DNA of 64,000 bases from Psammoneis japonica (Eukaryota): positions 1 through 64,000 of the forward strand of contig QPGO01000020.1 in assembly GCA_008632985.1 (NCBI GenBank). Reading direction: 5' to 3'. A program made the position numbers and the translations under genes. The notes under the pieces are model-generated. The model was not told the origin of the DNA. It worked only from the letters and a program-made list of their open reading frames with translations, and did no database searches. Below are positions 24,688 through 39,419 of this stretch, piece by piece (position 1 is the stretch's first letter; the number at the start of each line of letters is the position of its first letter).

Positions 24688-27600
24688 TCAAAGCCATGGA
24701 GACCAGCCAGGAAAGATTGCACACAAGTTGTTTGGGTCTCTGGCAGAGTTGATGAGCAGCTGAACCTGACCCTCTACGCTTTGACATTCTCCTGATGTAC
24801 CGTCTTCGTACCCCTGGAGCTTTTCGTGGATCCTTGCTAGAGCTCGAGTGGCTGCCTCGTTCTGGTTTTCGGACGGTTGACTAAAGCTAGAAGCAGATTT
24901 TGTTCGAGTTTCGCTCGCTTGTGCTGCATCTTCAACCTCTTCGTCATCTGCCCTTTGCAGCTCAAGAGCTTTTACTGGATTCACGCTCCACCGATAAAGA
25001 GGATCAGCAACCACTGCAGACAAAATAGTAAGGAGAGCGTTAGAATTCTCCCGTAGAACAGCAACAGTGGCTTCTGCGGCGCGAGCAAATGTCCCTTCCG
25101 TCCCACAAGGGCCCATGCCATCGACAATGTCTCTCGTCAACCGAAATGGCACGGTTTCTGGAACAGGTAGGCTTCTGCCTTGTTCAAACACAATTCCGAA
25201 GTCGATATGAACAATTTCTCCTGTCTTCTCGTGCACTAGAATGTTTGAACAGTGGCGATCTCCAATTCCTAGCATGTGGCCAACAATACTGCTGACCGCA
25301 CATGATCTGGTGTATGTCATTTTCGCCGTGTGCCATGCTTTGAGGGAGTGAGCAAAACGCTCCACGAAAAAGAAGCGAAAGGCTGGCGATATGTGTTCGC
25401 AAATGACATCAAACGCCTCACGCTTTACGTCTGCCGGAGCCTGCCGAAGGTGCGCCGCACACATTGAACTTCCCCATTCGCCTGTCAGACAGCAGTTACA
25501 TTTATCAGAGGACGTCTCCACCAGAAAACACATCGCTCATGAGAAACTTTCAATGCTCAACTTACCGGGATAGTATCTTGAGTGCGCCCCAACGTTCCGT
25601 CCCTTGTCCACGAGATAGTCGCCAAAGGGCATTGTGTCGGTTACCCACTCCAATACACCGCAAGTCGGGCTAAGAGGTACAATGCCGTACGTCACCAGCT
25701 TCAGCTGCCTATGGAGAGCTGATCTCCTCTCGAAGCTCTTCTCATGAGTAGACGTGCTATGTCGATGCGATCGCTGCTGCTTTAACAGGTCATTGACACA
25801 GGAAAAGACTTGTTCCATCACCGCATCTTGTCTAATATCATCGTGTCCCTTCACGAGCTGCTTATGCACATTTCGATTCGCCCCGATGCACTTGACAATT
25901 TTTGGACAGTGGACCCCTGTCTCCGTCAGAGAAAAGGTCGGTTGAAAGCCAAGTACACGCTCAGACCCAACCGGGTCAGACTTGCCGTCTCCGTAGTCTC
26001 TGCCAGGACGAACCGGCGGCGGCTTTGTTATCATACAAGGAGGGCAAGAGAATAGGGCTCTTGAGGCGGAACCTAAGCAGCGGTCAAGCCGCCCGCCTGC
26101 TGGAACATTCGCAAACGAAATGTCCTTAGTTTGAGCTTTTTGTAAACCTTCTGTCGAGAACATGGCAAGTTCAATGTACCCATCGACAAGTGCCGTATAT
26201 GAGTCAATAAGTTCCGACACGTAGCCTGGTCCATTAATCCGTAAGGAAGAAATCAGCTGTTTCGCGGCAGTGACTTTAGAGTCTCCAACATTTTTCAAGT
26301 AATCATTGGCTTGGCGTCCATCCACACCACTTCCGACCCTGTTCCCATTGGCAAGCGCAATGAGCTGAACCAGGCATTGATACGGATGCTCGGAACACAT
26401 CCTTTCAACAAGCTTCTCCAGAGAATCTTGAAAACTCTGTTTACCGCCAATGCGAGAGAAGACTTGATAGGTGAGAGGGACAAACCTAAAGCTAGGGATC
26501 CTTGCCAACAAATTCCCAATTTTATCCTTGAATGCTGTTTCATCGTCAGCGAAATGAGCGAACCACAAGGAGACAAACCGATAAATGTGTTTAGGCATGT
26601 CTTGCATTTCCATCGCGCCGCATACTGACATAGCAGCTCCGTAGGATTCCATGGACGAATGAAGAAAGCCCTGCACAGACCTCTCAATCTTCTTTCGCTC
26701 GGTCGTCATCATCGATATTTCCTTCTCGAGGCGACGAATATGAGTAAGCATGTCTTGGTTTCCTTTGTTGGCACTCTGCTTCGTAGTTTTTGATTCGCCT
26801 TTCCGCTTCTTTCTCGCGGAGTGCGCCTGAGACTTCTTCCCTTCTTCCACCAGCCCCTGGCAAAGTTGAAGTTCCCGTCTCTTGTCTTCGACAAAACCAC
26901 CGGCAGTTTTCCATTCGTGACTCGTGACTCGAACCGATAAGCTAACGAATAAGTTCGAACTAAGCTCCGCGATAGAGAAGAACGTCAATGCCGAACGAGC
27001 GGCCGTTTCGCTCTTTTTCTCATTTTCGTGAGAAACACGGGCTATTTCTGCAGCGGGTTTCAGGTAGGCGCGTAGAACTTCTTCGGCCGGTTCCACTTTG
27101 TAAGTGTTCATCCACCTACCGCATCTTAGTAGTGCCTCAGAGAGTAAGATAGACGATTGCGCGGAGAGGCTACCTTCTACCTCTTTTATTCGATTCAAAT
27201 GATTGACAACCAATCGTCCGGTCCGTATTGCACTAGACACGTCTCCTCTTGCTTCCATTATTTTGGACTCCTCTAAACGAAGATGCAGAGTCGTCTCAAT
27301 CGGCACCAACAAATCTTTCTCTGTCTTACGCGCGGGAGCCAATACACGGTGCAGTCTTTGCAGAGCTGAATTAGCCAATTCCAGATCCCCCTGGCGCCGC
27401 GATGATTTGCAGAATTGCCATAACTGGCAAGCTAGAGTGGAAACCGGATCGACTTCTTGGATCTGGGATCTACAGTTAAGGACTCGAAGGAAGATTTCTC
27501 GGGTGGTAAGAGAAAAAATATCTGTTTCGTATCCGTGCGGTCTCTCGGGGACGACGCCTTCAGTTTCTAAGTCAAGAACAACGCGTTCGCCATCATGACG

Positions 27601-30600
27601 GGTGGTACTTAACCCCCAAATCGAAGCTAAGTCTAGAGGCGTCGATCGCCCGGAAGCATAGTCTTCCAGATCGTTCAAGACTTGAAGCCTCGGAACGAAG
27701 CCCGCTACATCTGTCAATACCGATTCTGGAGTAACAGTATCTTCAATACTTTGCAGAAGACAGCAGCGAGCCCTCATCAAGTTACGTATGCAAGAATCCA
27801 TGTCTTCTTGCATGAGCATCAAGAACACTCCAGTCATAGACTCCGACAATCCACCATACCCAGATTCATCGGAAAGCAACACCTCCAGTTCTTTTGGCAC
27901 TGATGACAAGGCATTCAGAACTGATCGTGACGAAGCTGTAGACGCATTATCCGCAGCTGGAAAGAAAGTTTCGTCCCACTGCAAACGGTGAATACTTCCC
28001 TCGAACCACTTATCACGTAGTTTGAGGCGATCTGAACTTGACAGTTCTTGCAGTACGTCAGTTGCTTGAACTCCTACTACCCCTTCCACGTAAGTCCTCA
28101 TAATGTTCTTCAACCCGAGATCATCCAAACAACCAACTATTTGGGCAGGGGCATATATCTCTGTGTGTCGTATTTAGCATCAACTCTTCGAAGGTGGTCA
28201 AGAGCCGAAGAGACAAGCCCATAAGGCTCGGCCGGAGAAATCTGACTATCCAAAAACTGTAAAGCCGTCTTTTGTATGTCCACCGCTCTAGCGGCATCGT
28301 ACTCTTGGAGCGCACGATAGCACCGTTGCAGTGTCTCACCGAATTCAAGGGCTTCCGTCAGCTTCACTTCGGCTTCACTCTGACCACGGTGCAACGATTC
28401 ATAATCAATTATTTCATTGGAGAGACGTTGGAGGGCCCCCGTGGAGCCAGCGAAAGTATTGTCGGCGTATAGCTCAACGTAAAATAGCGCGCTAGCGTAT
28501 CGCTTAGCACGGATGCAGGCCTTTGCAACTTCCAGACCGTCTAGTTCGAGGAACACACCAAAAGGGACACCGGCCCATTTAGGCGCAGGTTCTATGCCGT
28601 CGTTGTAGGTCAGACTATCTGGTAGAGCGGATTTCGTCGACGATCGGCGAGAGTTTGACTTTGTCTGATTCTGATGCGACCTGCTGGAATGTGCCCGTGG
28701 GTTCTTCTTGTGATGCTTCGATAAGAGGAATTGCTGTTGTGATACGATTCGTAGCATATCCAATGTATTCACTGCCAAGGCGACGGATTTAGCGTTGAAC
28801 TGTAAGCCATCACTACGCACAGCGTCTCGCGATTCAATGAGTTTCGCAAAACAGCTAGAAAGCCTTTGGTAGTCGTTTTCGGCACGGTGAGTGACAACCT
28901 TTCTCTGCAGGCCATGCTCTTGGTCTTTTGCACCGCTGAGCTGGTCAAAGATTATCGCAGGAAATATGGCCGCAGCAAACTCGGGCTCGATAGAGCTCAT
29001 TTTCAAACAGCAATGAAAAAATCCCTTGGAGTTATTCTTCCTCATATAAAAACAGCTGATGAGCGAGCAGACGAGTTTTCGGATCCAGTCTTCATAGGTA
29101 ATAGATTCGTCGTCTTCGAGACTCCATAAACTCTCCTCCAAACACCACGGCAAGGCATCATGATCGACGGATTCTAATGGCGAGAAACTAGAAGCCACAG
29201 ACTCTAGAGAAACAAAGAACTCGTCGATTCGAGTAGCTTTCGCGGCACGAAAAGGTCGCAATAATTGCTTGCATTCGTCACTCTGTAACTGTCTCCACCA
29301 TGAAGATCCAAGATGAGGTTGAAGGAGAGCTTTGATTGTTTCAACAGCAGCGAGCGAGCTATCTATCCTGGGAGACTTCAGGTACTGGGTCAATAGCTCC
29401 ATAGCTTTCGCGTGCACCGACGACAGGAAATTATCACTGCTCAATTCTCGTTTGATTTGTCCGTCACAGTCGTTCAACTCATATTCACAGAAAGAGAGGT
29501 CTTCGACTGCGGAAGGCCTTAGTTCGCCCAGACAGCGACTAGCAGCGTACCTTATGTCTTCCGCTGAACTAGCGCCACATAGCGAGAGCAACTTCGAGCA
29601 AGTACTTCCACCTCCCGATCGTTTGAAGCTGACCCTTCCAAAACATTATTCTTCCTCTGACACCGTAATATTCGACGAAGATCATCCAACTCAGCAAGCA
29701 TAAGGAAAGAGTCAATGCTTTGACGCCGAGAACCAGACTCCGGGTAAGGCAAAGGTGAAGAAGCAGATTTTGGCTGGTGGGTTTCAAATAGGTGCATAGA
29801 GGAGCGAAAAGTAGCGAGGCGTTTGGAAATTGTAGGGATTGAAAATCCTGCGACGTCAGAGCTGCTTTCTGTCACTTCGTTATCCTGGAGAGCGTCTCGC
29901 ATCATTGCCTGAGCATAGAACTTTTTATTCAAGTCCGAAAGACAACGATGATGACTCGATCGCCTCGTAAGCGAATCCCATGATCCAAGCGAGAGGACAT
30001 TTGATGGGACCTGCAGCGATTTGATGTATTCAACTATGAGTTCAAGAACTTCATAAGTTCCTATGATGCTGTCCGTTGTTTCTTTTTTGACTTTTTGCCG
30101 TGTTCAAAGAGTGGCGAATGCGTTTGATCGAAGTAACCATCATCATTTATCGAATCCGAAATCGGCGAAAACGATGTTTCTTTGTCTCTGATGAGGACCA
30201 GCCCAAGACTTCGACGCCTTCTTTCGGTAGAATACGCTTTTGCTTCGGTACACTCCACAACAAAGCTCTTCTGAGATTCCTCGTGGACAAGAAGAAGCGT
30301 GCTTACCAGGCTGAACAAGCTCTGCACCACTTCTTTGTTCATCGTCTTGTTTGAATTCGAGCGAAGGTCGTCTGTGAAAAAAACTTTCATCTTTGACAAG
30401 ACCCGTCCCTTCAATGCTGGCTGCTCAAGAAGAATGTCCAAAATCACGCTAAGAGCGAAGCCTATTTCAGCATCTTCAGCGCCGTCACGAACCTGCGCTG
30501 CTACCAAATCAAATAGCACCTCAAGTACAAGGAAGTATTTCGTTTTCTGTACAGGTAGTACGGCTTCAAAAATCCACGCTCTCGAAAAAAGAATGCATTC

Positions 30601-33600
30601 CGTTACAGTAACACCAAGATTCTCGAAGATAGAACCACCTGACATATCTGTATAATCTTCCTCCGTGTCTTTTGAAAGTTCTATCATCGCATTCACGCAA
30701 GAACTAGAGGAGAACCCACAGACACCAACACTATGCTCGTGCTTCCCACAAAGTTGTAGGATTCGGCGCAAGGCGACGTGCGCCTTTCTCCGTTTGTGCT
30801 TTTCATAAGAACTAACTCCGGACAATGAAGTCTCAACCTTGGCAAGCACAATCGACGCCGTCGCCTTCTCTGAACTGTCTGGTTCATCAGAATGTGCTGA
30901 GGGCGAGAAATACCCAGTTATGTCAGGAAGATGACTCTTAAGCAGCACTTTAACCCCATCGTCATCAGGTTCGATGTTTAGCATATCACAAACTTCGCGA
31001 AGATACTTCCAGCCCCTGTCACATATCCAACTACCGGAGGCCGCCGACGAAGTCTCCTGTGAGGAACTTGAAGCGAAAAGAAGGATCAGAGGGACAATGA
31101 GATGGACATTCCGCATCGTGTACTCGACAGCCGATTCCGCTCTGAGCTGATTTGTGTACAGCTCACCACCACTCTCATCCTGATCGGCGAGCCGAAAGCT
31201 ACGCACTGTAAGGCCTTTACCCATATGAAGTAGTTGCCTTAGCAAACAAGGAGAAGTCATTAGAAGAGGCATAGATGCAAGTTCGGCTTCTTTTTTGAGC
31301 CAAGCGTTAACCAGCCACTCGCATTCATCCTGGAGCATATCTTCTGCGCTCCGAAAGCCGCGAAGGAGGGCAGTCATTTCGCAGGATCGAAAGCAGATAG
31401 CCTCAAGATCAGGTCTTACAGCCGACAGTCTAACAAAGTCAAACAAAATCTCACGAAAAATTTCAAGATCGGAGGTGCATCCTGCGATGAAACCCCTACA
31501 AAAAAGCGAACTGGCTTCGAAGGAGAGGAGCGCGTCGTCCCACACATTGTTCTCGATAGATGTAAGCTTGCCTTGGGAACCAAGATCTTTGTCTTCATAC
31601 CATCGCCTGAAAGCCGACAAAATCTTGCTACGGTTCCTGCTTCTAGTTAGGGGAGGCAACACCGTGAATACACTGTCGACGATCCTTCGTTGGTCTTCAA
31701 GGACACGCAGAGCAGCTCCGACCGCAAAGCACGCATGGAATCGAACTTGCTCGCTGATATCACAGAGGGCAGGAATCACAAATTGAGTCGCGAAGACGTG
31801 GTCGAACTCTCGATGAAAGTTCTCTCGGCCCGAACGAAAAGCTCTCGTTGCGGCATACAGCCTTTTAGCACGGAGTTCGGGGCGTGACTTGAGCGAACGA
31901 CGTTCTGACTTGCTGGTTTCTGCTTTTAGCGTTTCGGTAATGTACCGACAATCGTTCCGACTGAGGGCATTAGTATTCGATTCTCCGATACCGACAATCT
32001 GGAAACACTTCACGAATCCATACAGATGCTGCGCTATTGCTGGACCAGAAGCTGTGCGCATTAAGTTAATCATATCACAGCACAGTGGAACGATGGATTC
32101 TTTGTCGTCATTGTAGCAATAGTGCGAGACTGCCTCGTCTCTGCAGATGAGGTCGAGGCAGAAAATGCCTTGTGCTGGGTCCATCTCCTGTATTGAAATT
32201 CCTCTGTCTGTATGCCTTTCTGTCAAACACGGCCAAAGCAGTGTCTCAGCTACCAATTGGCAAGTCTCGGGAGAAGGTTGAAGGAGAACTGCAATTCCCG
32301 CAAGTTTTCTTGCACAGTCTACGCTGAGAATGGCGTTCCCGGCATCGCCGGAAGTCCCGTGAAACGATGAGTCTCCATCTGATAGCTTGCGTCGAGTATT
32401 CTTGTTTGGTTCCCTACTGCGTTTTCTCTTGTCCCCGACGGAAAAATCACTGTCACTGTCAGTCCCTTGCTTGCGAGGGGGTGTGGAACTGTCTGAATCA
32501 AAATCAGATTCCCGGAAACTACTAGAGGATCGCTGTGTACTTTCCTGTCGCTCGTCATCGCCACCATGGCTTGAATCACCATATGCTGTAAGCAATGAAA
32601 CGCAAATCTCAAACATATCTTGCACTTTCCCGGTGATGACGCGGGGCATTCGAGGGGCATTTTCGGTCGCAAAGAGAGTGGTTAATGCACTCAACAAGCC
32701 ATATACATCATCGAGGACAAAAGGGAGCTCCTCGATGTCAGTTGATGATAAAAAGGGGAGACGTGTGACGACATCATTAAAGATTGGAGCAATCACATCC
32801 GAAAGTATTTTCAGGCGTTCTGGGACTAAAGTATCATCCGTATCATGGGACATGAAGATGCTCAAATATACCTTCAACAAGGACGTGGAGCTAGATAGAC
32901 TACCAGAAAACCCCTCTTCGAAAATATCTTCTGTTGTCTTGCCATCGTCTTTTTCTTTACGAAGCAACTGCCGGACGACCTCCAAAGCAAAGCCTTGAAG
33001 TCCTCCTGATTCATGGCTCGACACCGCGCCAGACCTTTCTTCGGTACTTCGATTTTCCTTGTGCTCCACCATGCTACGAGCTTTCGTGGCAATCAGCATT
33101 GCAACGTCACGCCTCTTTTCAATAGAATTATGAATGGGCTTTTGTAGGGCAGAAAGCCACAAGTCGTCGAAAATACTTTTCGAGCCACGACTACTATCAT
33201 AGATGTCAGAAGTTTGATCTAGCATACCGGTCACACAAAGCCTGTTGTACCGCTCCGATGAAAAGGTGGTTGATAAGCGAACTCCGCAACCCAAAAGAGC
33301 CAAGACACATGCACATGAAGAGTGCAAGATCTGTCGATTTGTTTCCAAATGACTTAATGGCGCCGCGCTCTCAATATTCCTCAAAGCGAAGCGAAGGAGA
33401 CGGGCACGCCGACCTGGATCATTTTCGGGTCGACCTTGTAAGTCCACCGTTTCTGATGAAAGCTTGTATACTCTCACATCAATGCCGTCTTCGCCCTGTT
33501 CAGAGAGCCCTACATGGCGTAACGTCACGTACACGAGATCAAACAACGCTTTCGACTGCACGGAGAGTGCATCGTTGAACGCCGGCAAACCCCACACCTG

Positions 33601-35933
33601 GGCTTGATACACATGTACGAAGGAGGCGTCGCGTGCTCGTTGAATTTTACCTTTCCGTTGCCACCGAATTGACGGATCAGCGCAGAAATTACGTACAATC
33701 TCAGTCAACAGGATAAGAACAAGCTCGCCATTTGAGTTTGAAACGGCATTTTCAGTGTAGGAAGAGTAGCGACAGTCTGATCGCATGATAATATTCCAGA
33801 CGCGTCTCCAAGCAAGACCAATCAAATCCATTGAGCCCGTTTCCCGCATGAATCGTTGGCATATCACCGCAGTGCAATCTGTCAAACGGATGAGACAAAG
33901 CAATGCCCACGATTGCACACTTGAATCCCCGCCATGTCCACCATGAAGTTCTAAGACGTTTGATACGAGATACACCACAAAGGCAATGTCATGTAAAGAG
34001 CAACAGCTACACGAAAGCGTGTCGTTCTCTAGTAAGTCTTCTGGAACATGTGTAATCCAGTTTCTGCTCGTGCTAGTTGACCAGCATTCTCCGTAAGGGA
34101 AAGCCTCAGCAAATGCACAAATTAGACGCAAAGTCATCACCAGATTGACTGACGATAGGTCTTCCGTGGGGTATGATAAATCCTTGAGAATTGGGAACCG
34201 TTGTGAGAGTCTCAAAGATGGATCTCGTCTACCAGATTGGAAATCCTGAGATATATCCTTTTCTGACTGACTGGCAGAAACTGCCTTGTCCACCGAGACA
34301 GTAGGAGATGCTATCAATAGCTTCTTCGCAATCTGACTCATCCAAGGACTTTTCTGAATGTCGGACACCGGTGCTAATGGGGTTGGATCTGTGACGTAAG
34401 GATTGGATGGGTGCTTCATGAAAGAATCTGCGTCGCACTTTTCTCGTGCATTGGAGAGTGTTTTGAAGAGAGAGTCCACAGGATTCTCCATAGCATTCCA
34501 CTCCACTCGGGTAAAATGGAATCGCTGTGCGCATGCCATCAAGCGAGCACAAAGTTCAAGATGTGTCCGCTGACGATCATTGGGCGGCGACCACAGTATC
34601 TGATTATTCGTAGCTACGGAGTGCTGTCGACTGTTCAGCTTTGTTGCCTTCAGTCGAGGCGCATGGCGAACTACAGCTGCGGGTTTCGAAGACGAAAAGA
34701 GTTTCTCGAGCTCCTGCTCTGATGTAGCAAGTAAAAATAGGGACTCAATCTCAGCTTCGTCCATTGAAGCGCTTCCAACGTCGCCCAAATCCCCTGGGAG
34801 CAGTCCTTGTACACGTCCTGCAGTTTGACAGACAGAACTAAATAGAATAGATGTATAACGATGAGCTTACCAAGTTTCAACGACAACGGCTGCGATAGAG
34901 CGCCACTGTTACTTACAGATGAGCCAAAAAGTAATCAATCAACGCAGCCTTGATAAAACCTTGAGTGACCGGAAAACACCTCTTGGCCAACCTAAGCAAA
35001 GGCCGCCCATATTGTATGAAGGGGCCTATTGCTTGTTCTGGATGTGCTATTATCAAGGACGTGGCAGCCCCGTACATGAAGGGTAACGCTTGAGACGGGT
35101 TTCCGCGGGCAGCCATTCGCTGTAAGTGATATTCACACCACTTGGAAACCACCTCGATTCCGCTGGACACCAACATGTGCATGCCTATCCCCAATCTTCC
35201 ACAAGTTTGTAACAGATTAGAAAACGTTTTGGCGGCGGACAAGAATAAATCTGTGACTCCTCCTCCACCTCTGGAACGGTCAGGCGAATATCCAGCTCCG
35301 CGAGGATGTTGTGGATCTCGCCATGCGGTCTGTAGTAGACCACGTAGTCTTCCCTTGAGCACAAATGATGAAGCATGGTCAAAAGATCATTCTCTGCAAC
35401 TGCCACGGCATCTTTGTAAGTACCAATCAGAGGAGGGAGAGCAGGGTGAGAAAATGCCGCTCAAATGCAGCATAAGAAACCGAAGAGAACATGAAGCACA
35501 GACCTTCATCAGCAAGCATATTGAGACAGTACTTGAGAAGATCCAAGATTTCCGCGCTTGACAGCTTTGTTGCGGTAGACTGAGGATCCTCCTCCGAAGT
35601 GTCACAGAGACACAGGAATCGGTATGGCAGCATCACGTCGTATAGCGTAAGCTTTCCTCGACCGCTCGTCGCTTTTTTCGCTGCCATGAGCGCATTTCGA
35701 ACAAGGACACGCCATAGCTGACAAAGAGCCCTCCTCTGCGAAGAAACTCCACGCAAAGACGACGATGCCGATGATGATGGCGTAGCTTCCCTTGCAAGTC
35801 GTGCACGAGTTTTGCTGTGAGCGAGCGACGAAAGAAGATCTTCAGCAACATCGCGCCTCTTCTTGACTTGCGTCTCCGAGCCCAACTGAGAACTCAGACT
35901 GGATATCCGAGAGTACGTCGAAGAACGACTCAT
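24688..35933 (-). CDS. ATM: ATM/Tel1 PIKK serine/threonine kinase (multi-exon; ~4 apparent 1-bp frameshifts)
   Basis: Motifs KQLVKGHDDIRQDAVMEQVF, GIGDRHCSNIL, HIDFG, PETVPFRLTRDIVDGMG and FATC NLCAIFPGWSPWL. Introns at about 35411-35504, 34838-34916 and 25482-25565. Frameshifts near 35250, 30090, 29592 and 28160. Confidence 0.93.
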
Positions 35934-36782
35934 TGTAGTTCGCACGGCCTTTTGAGCTGTGCCATTGAGGATTGGTATCGACGTTGAAAGCAGTCCCGGT
36001 GATTACCGCCGGCGGCATGATGTTGTGTGCTGTGTGCGCCATTGTCTTTCTTGTGGTACGCCGTCGCGCAAACGAAAACGCGCGCCAAAGAAAAGACCCA
36101 GTTGGAAAATAGAGCTCGTAGCTCGTGAAATTTATGACTTCGCTGATAAGAAATCAATTTCTAAGTATATTAAGAAGAAAATATTCATTTACTATCAACT
36201 GTTTGGCAATTTTTTGCGATACTGGAAACACCAATGCACCTAAGTAAATAAAACTCTAATGATTTCATAAATGTTCTTGTATCCATCTTTTCGAGCTATT
36301 AATTCTACTCCGTCATTTTTATCTACTAGGACCAATTTTTCGGCGAGTTCAATGCATGCATGTGCGATTCAAAGATATTGAACAACGGCAAATAGAAATA
36401 CTTTCAGGAATTAATACATATTTTATCCTTTCGTTAAATACTTTGTATGTGGCTTTCTGAAATGGGCGAGCATAGTGGTTGTTCGGGTCACATTTTGCTT
36501 GGTCTGCGCGATTGTTGCAATTTTTCGCCAAACATGCCGGTCGCCTCGCACTTCGCAGCAGGTGTGTGTTGTTATAACCTCGAACGTCTCTCATAAATTC
36601 TTTTTCGGGGCAAAATTCATCAGATCGAATCACGTAAAAGGTACTGCAGCAAAATGTAAGTTGGCCCACTGACCAGGAGCGCGATGAAGCGCCGCTGGAT
36701 CCACCGGATAAGGTTGCTATTGACAGCGGGGGTCTCATCATCGTTTCTTGCTGTCTGTTCGTTCTCTCTCATTTTCAGGGGT

Positions 36783-37195
36783 ATGTTGAAAAGCCTAAAG
36801 AAGAAGAACTCCGAAAAGAAGCTGAAGAAGGAGAACAGCAAGAAGGGATCCAAAAAGGCCCCGAAAAAGGCTCCTCCGCCGAAGAAGGCATCGCTTCCGC
36901 CTCCGCCACCGAAGCCTGTTGAGGAAGAAAAGCCTGCTGCCCTGTAGAAGCACCACCACCGCCGCCGCCGAAGGAAGAGGCACCACCGCGCCATGAGGAA
37001 CCACCCAAGGAGGAGTCGCCTGAGGATGAGCCCGTCACTGAGGAGGAGGCTAGTGCACCGGAGGAGGTCGTCAAAGAAGGCGAAGACGAGGAGGAGCGCA
37101 CGGTGGATTCTGACGCCACTCCTGCAAACCGTGGCCTGGATGCTGAGAAAACGGCACAGGAGAGTGGATACAACTGCTGCGGAGTTGTCTTCTAA
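36783..37195 (+). CDS. Small Lys/Pro/Glu-rich low-complexity protein ending CCGVVF (may have upstream exons; frameshift at ~36941)
   Basis: MLKSLKKKNSEKK...PPPPPKPVEEEKPAA continues after one added C as PVEAPPPPPPKEE...GYNCCGVVF*. An acceptor-like ttttcag precedes it. Confidence 0.55.
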
Positions 37196-37815
37196 GTGCA
37201 CAGTCTCTTTGCTCGATGAGAATTGATTTGGTTCCTCTATGCATCATTGGTGCATCCCTTATATGTCGATTTGTTGTCCGCTTCGGTGGCGGGTCTGTTG
37301 CACTTTGAGTTTTTGCTTGCTTCGTTCGAAGTCCCAGCTTCTCACAGAGGCAGAAAATAGTTTTTAGTTTTATTTAATCAAGCCTTTTCGTTATCCGATC
37401 CGCGTCTTAAGCTTATTTAGTCACTCTGCGCATCAATTATTCGTAAGCCACACCGATACAGAGAGTCACTGAATAATTATGCTTTTTCTCTCGCACCATG
37501 GGTTGAAATGCTTTACTATTTTTCGTGTCCGCATTTGCGAGCAAGAGCTAGACTGCGACTTGAGTTTTGCTGGCTTTGTTCAAAGTTGCAGCTTCTTACG
37601 TACCAATACTGTAGTTACTCTACTTACTCCGTATCTGTGGAGCAATTAACTCCAGTACATTCGCTAACCGAAATCGATCAATCAATGTATATTTTCTGAC
37701 GCGGACTGTGAGCGAGAACTTGCCACGCATTGTAAATCGTTTGTATCGACGGCTTCGCTAACCGAGATAACAAAACAAAGTGCATTTCTGTGCATGAGTA
37801 GTACCAATGGTTACT

Positions 37816-38820
37816 CTATAACTGTTTCCACCCGCAATGAATAGCCACAATGCCACAAGACATGTTGCTGTAGGTACAATTATGGAATCCAGCTTTCTCC
37901 ATTCTCGCCACCAGTTCTTCTTGATTCGGGAACTTACGGATACTTTCCACTAGATATTGGTAAGATGGACGATCTCCAGCGACCATTTCTCCCATGTTAG
38001 GAATCACATGAAAGGAGTATGCATCGTAGACTTGCCTAATCATTGGTTGTGGCACATGCGAGAATTCCAAACAAAAGTATCTACCGCCTGGTTTTAAGAC
38101 ACGATGCGCCTCTTTCAACGCCATGTCAACGTCTGTAACATTGCGAAGTCCGAATGCAATCGTGTACAGGTCAAATGAATTGTCATCAAAAGGAAGTTCC
38201 TGGGCATTTCCTTCTTGGAAGTCAAGACCGTGCGACCCTTGCAAAAGCGAAGGTCCGAATCGTTCTTGGGCTCGGTCTCGTCCAACCCTTAACATTTCCG
38301 CGTTAATGTCACAGACGGTGACGCTTACAGGGTCTTCTCCAGATGACTTGGAACGTTCCATGCAATCGGCAGCATCCACCATACGAAAAGCCACGTCACC
38401 GGTACCGCCAGCGACGTCTAGAATCTTGAGTGATACTCGCTCTGAGTTTTGTTTTGCAGACACATTGTGGCGACGAACTGCGCGAGCCATAGGGCCCACT
38501 TTAGTTTCTTCTACCAGCACGTCCTTCCAGCATCGATGCAGTCCACCCGACATGACATCATTCATCACATCATAACTATCAGCGACATTTTCAAAGACTT
38601 GCCTGACTCGACTTTCCTTTTCCTCCGTAGGAACATCTTCAAAGCCAAAGTGTGTTGTGTCGGACGCAGAAGGTACAGTATGATTTTGATATTGACGTTG
38701 TTGGCTGGATAGAGGAGCGCTACTGCTGAAGGCCGATGACCAAAGTTGCTGGTGTCGCAGTCCACACCACTGGAGCTGTTGAGCAATAACAGGACGATTC
38801 GATAGAAGTGCTCGTTTCAT
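37816..38820 (-). CDS. COQ5: 2-methoxy-6-polyprenyl-1,4-benzoquinol methylase (UbiE/COQ5), mitochondrial
   Basis: Motifs THFGF, YDVMNDVMSGGLHRCWK, ILDVAGGTGDVAF, TIAFGLRNVTD and YQYLVESIRKFP. Confidence 0.96.
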   Translation of the reverse strand: MKRALLSNRPVIAQQLQWCGLRHQQLWSSAFSSSAPLSSQQRQYQNHTVPSASDTTHFGFEDVPTEEKESRVRQVFENVADSYDVMNDVMSGGLHRCWKDVLVEETKVGPMARAVRRHNVSAKQNSERVSLKILDVAGGTGDVAFRMVDAADCMERSKSSGEDPVSVTVCDINAEMLRVGRDRAQERFGPSLLQGSHGLDFQEGNAQELPFDDNSFDLYTIAFGLRNVTDVDMALKEAHRVLKPGGRYFCLEFSHVPQPMIRQVYDAYSFHVIPNMGEMVAGDRPSYQYLVESIRKFPNQEELVARMEKAGFHNCTYSNMSCGIVAIHCGWKQL

Positions 38821-39419
38821 ACTTTGCAATCGAACTGCGGCTGCGTCGACGAATCAAGTCTTTTAAGCGAGACCGGGCTATGTACCGAGGGGCGATTTCG
38901 AAGCCCGAAGTCCTCAACAATTATGGTGCCAATGACAAAACAGCAGCAAGAAACGGAACACTGAGCACTGAATCCAATCACAGCGTTGATTTCAAGAGGC
39001 GCAAAGCGGGAAGGAACAGCTTCAAAGCTGAAAGGAGACTTCACGATTTTTTTCCTCAGTTGTTGTGCTCCTTTCCTTTTCGCTGGACGCAAAGTTCCTC
39101 TCAATGATATTGTCCCTCCCAGTGTACAGTAGGGCTACAGTAAAAATGATGTTGTATGCTCGCTGATGCTGAGTGCAACAATGCTTCGCGGTTGTCTTCC
39201 TCCACGTGGAAGCCTCTTGTGTTTGCTGTTTCGCCACTGACGTCATAGTGGAGGGAAAAAACGAAATCAAAATAAAAAAATCAAGAAATCCCTTCTCTTA
39301 GAGGTGAAAGGAAAGCGTTGAAAAGCCGTAGCCCCTGCGATTGAGTTTCACTGTGTTACCGGTAGTTTCGCGTTTCGCCTCATCATTACATTTCACAGCT
39401 TGAATACAGTACGTAAGAT

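Noticed and set aside
24688..35933. ATM (also SGT1, the 16459-17708 gene and the 36783 gene) as pseudogenes or programmed frameshifts
   Set aside because: The breaks are 1-bp indels, mostly in short homopolymers or dinucleotide runs, within otherwise intact conserved genes. This is typical of long-read consensus error.
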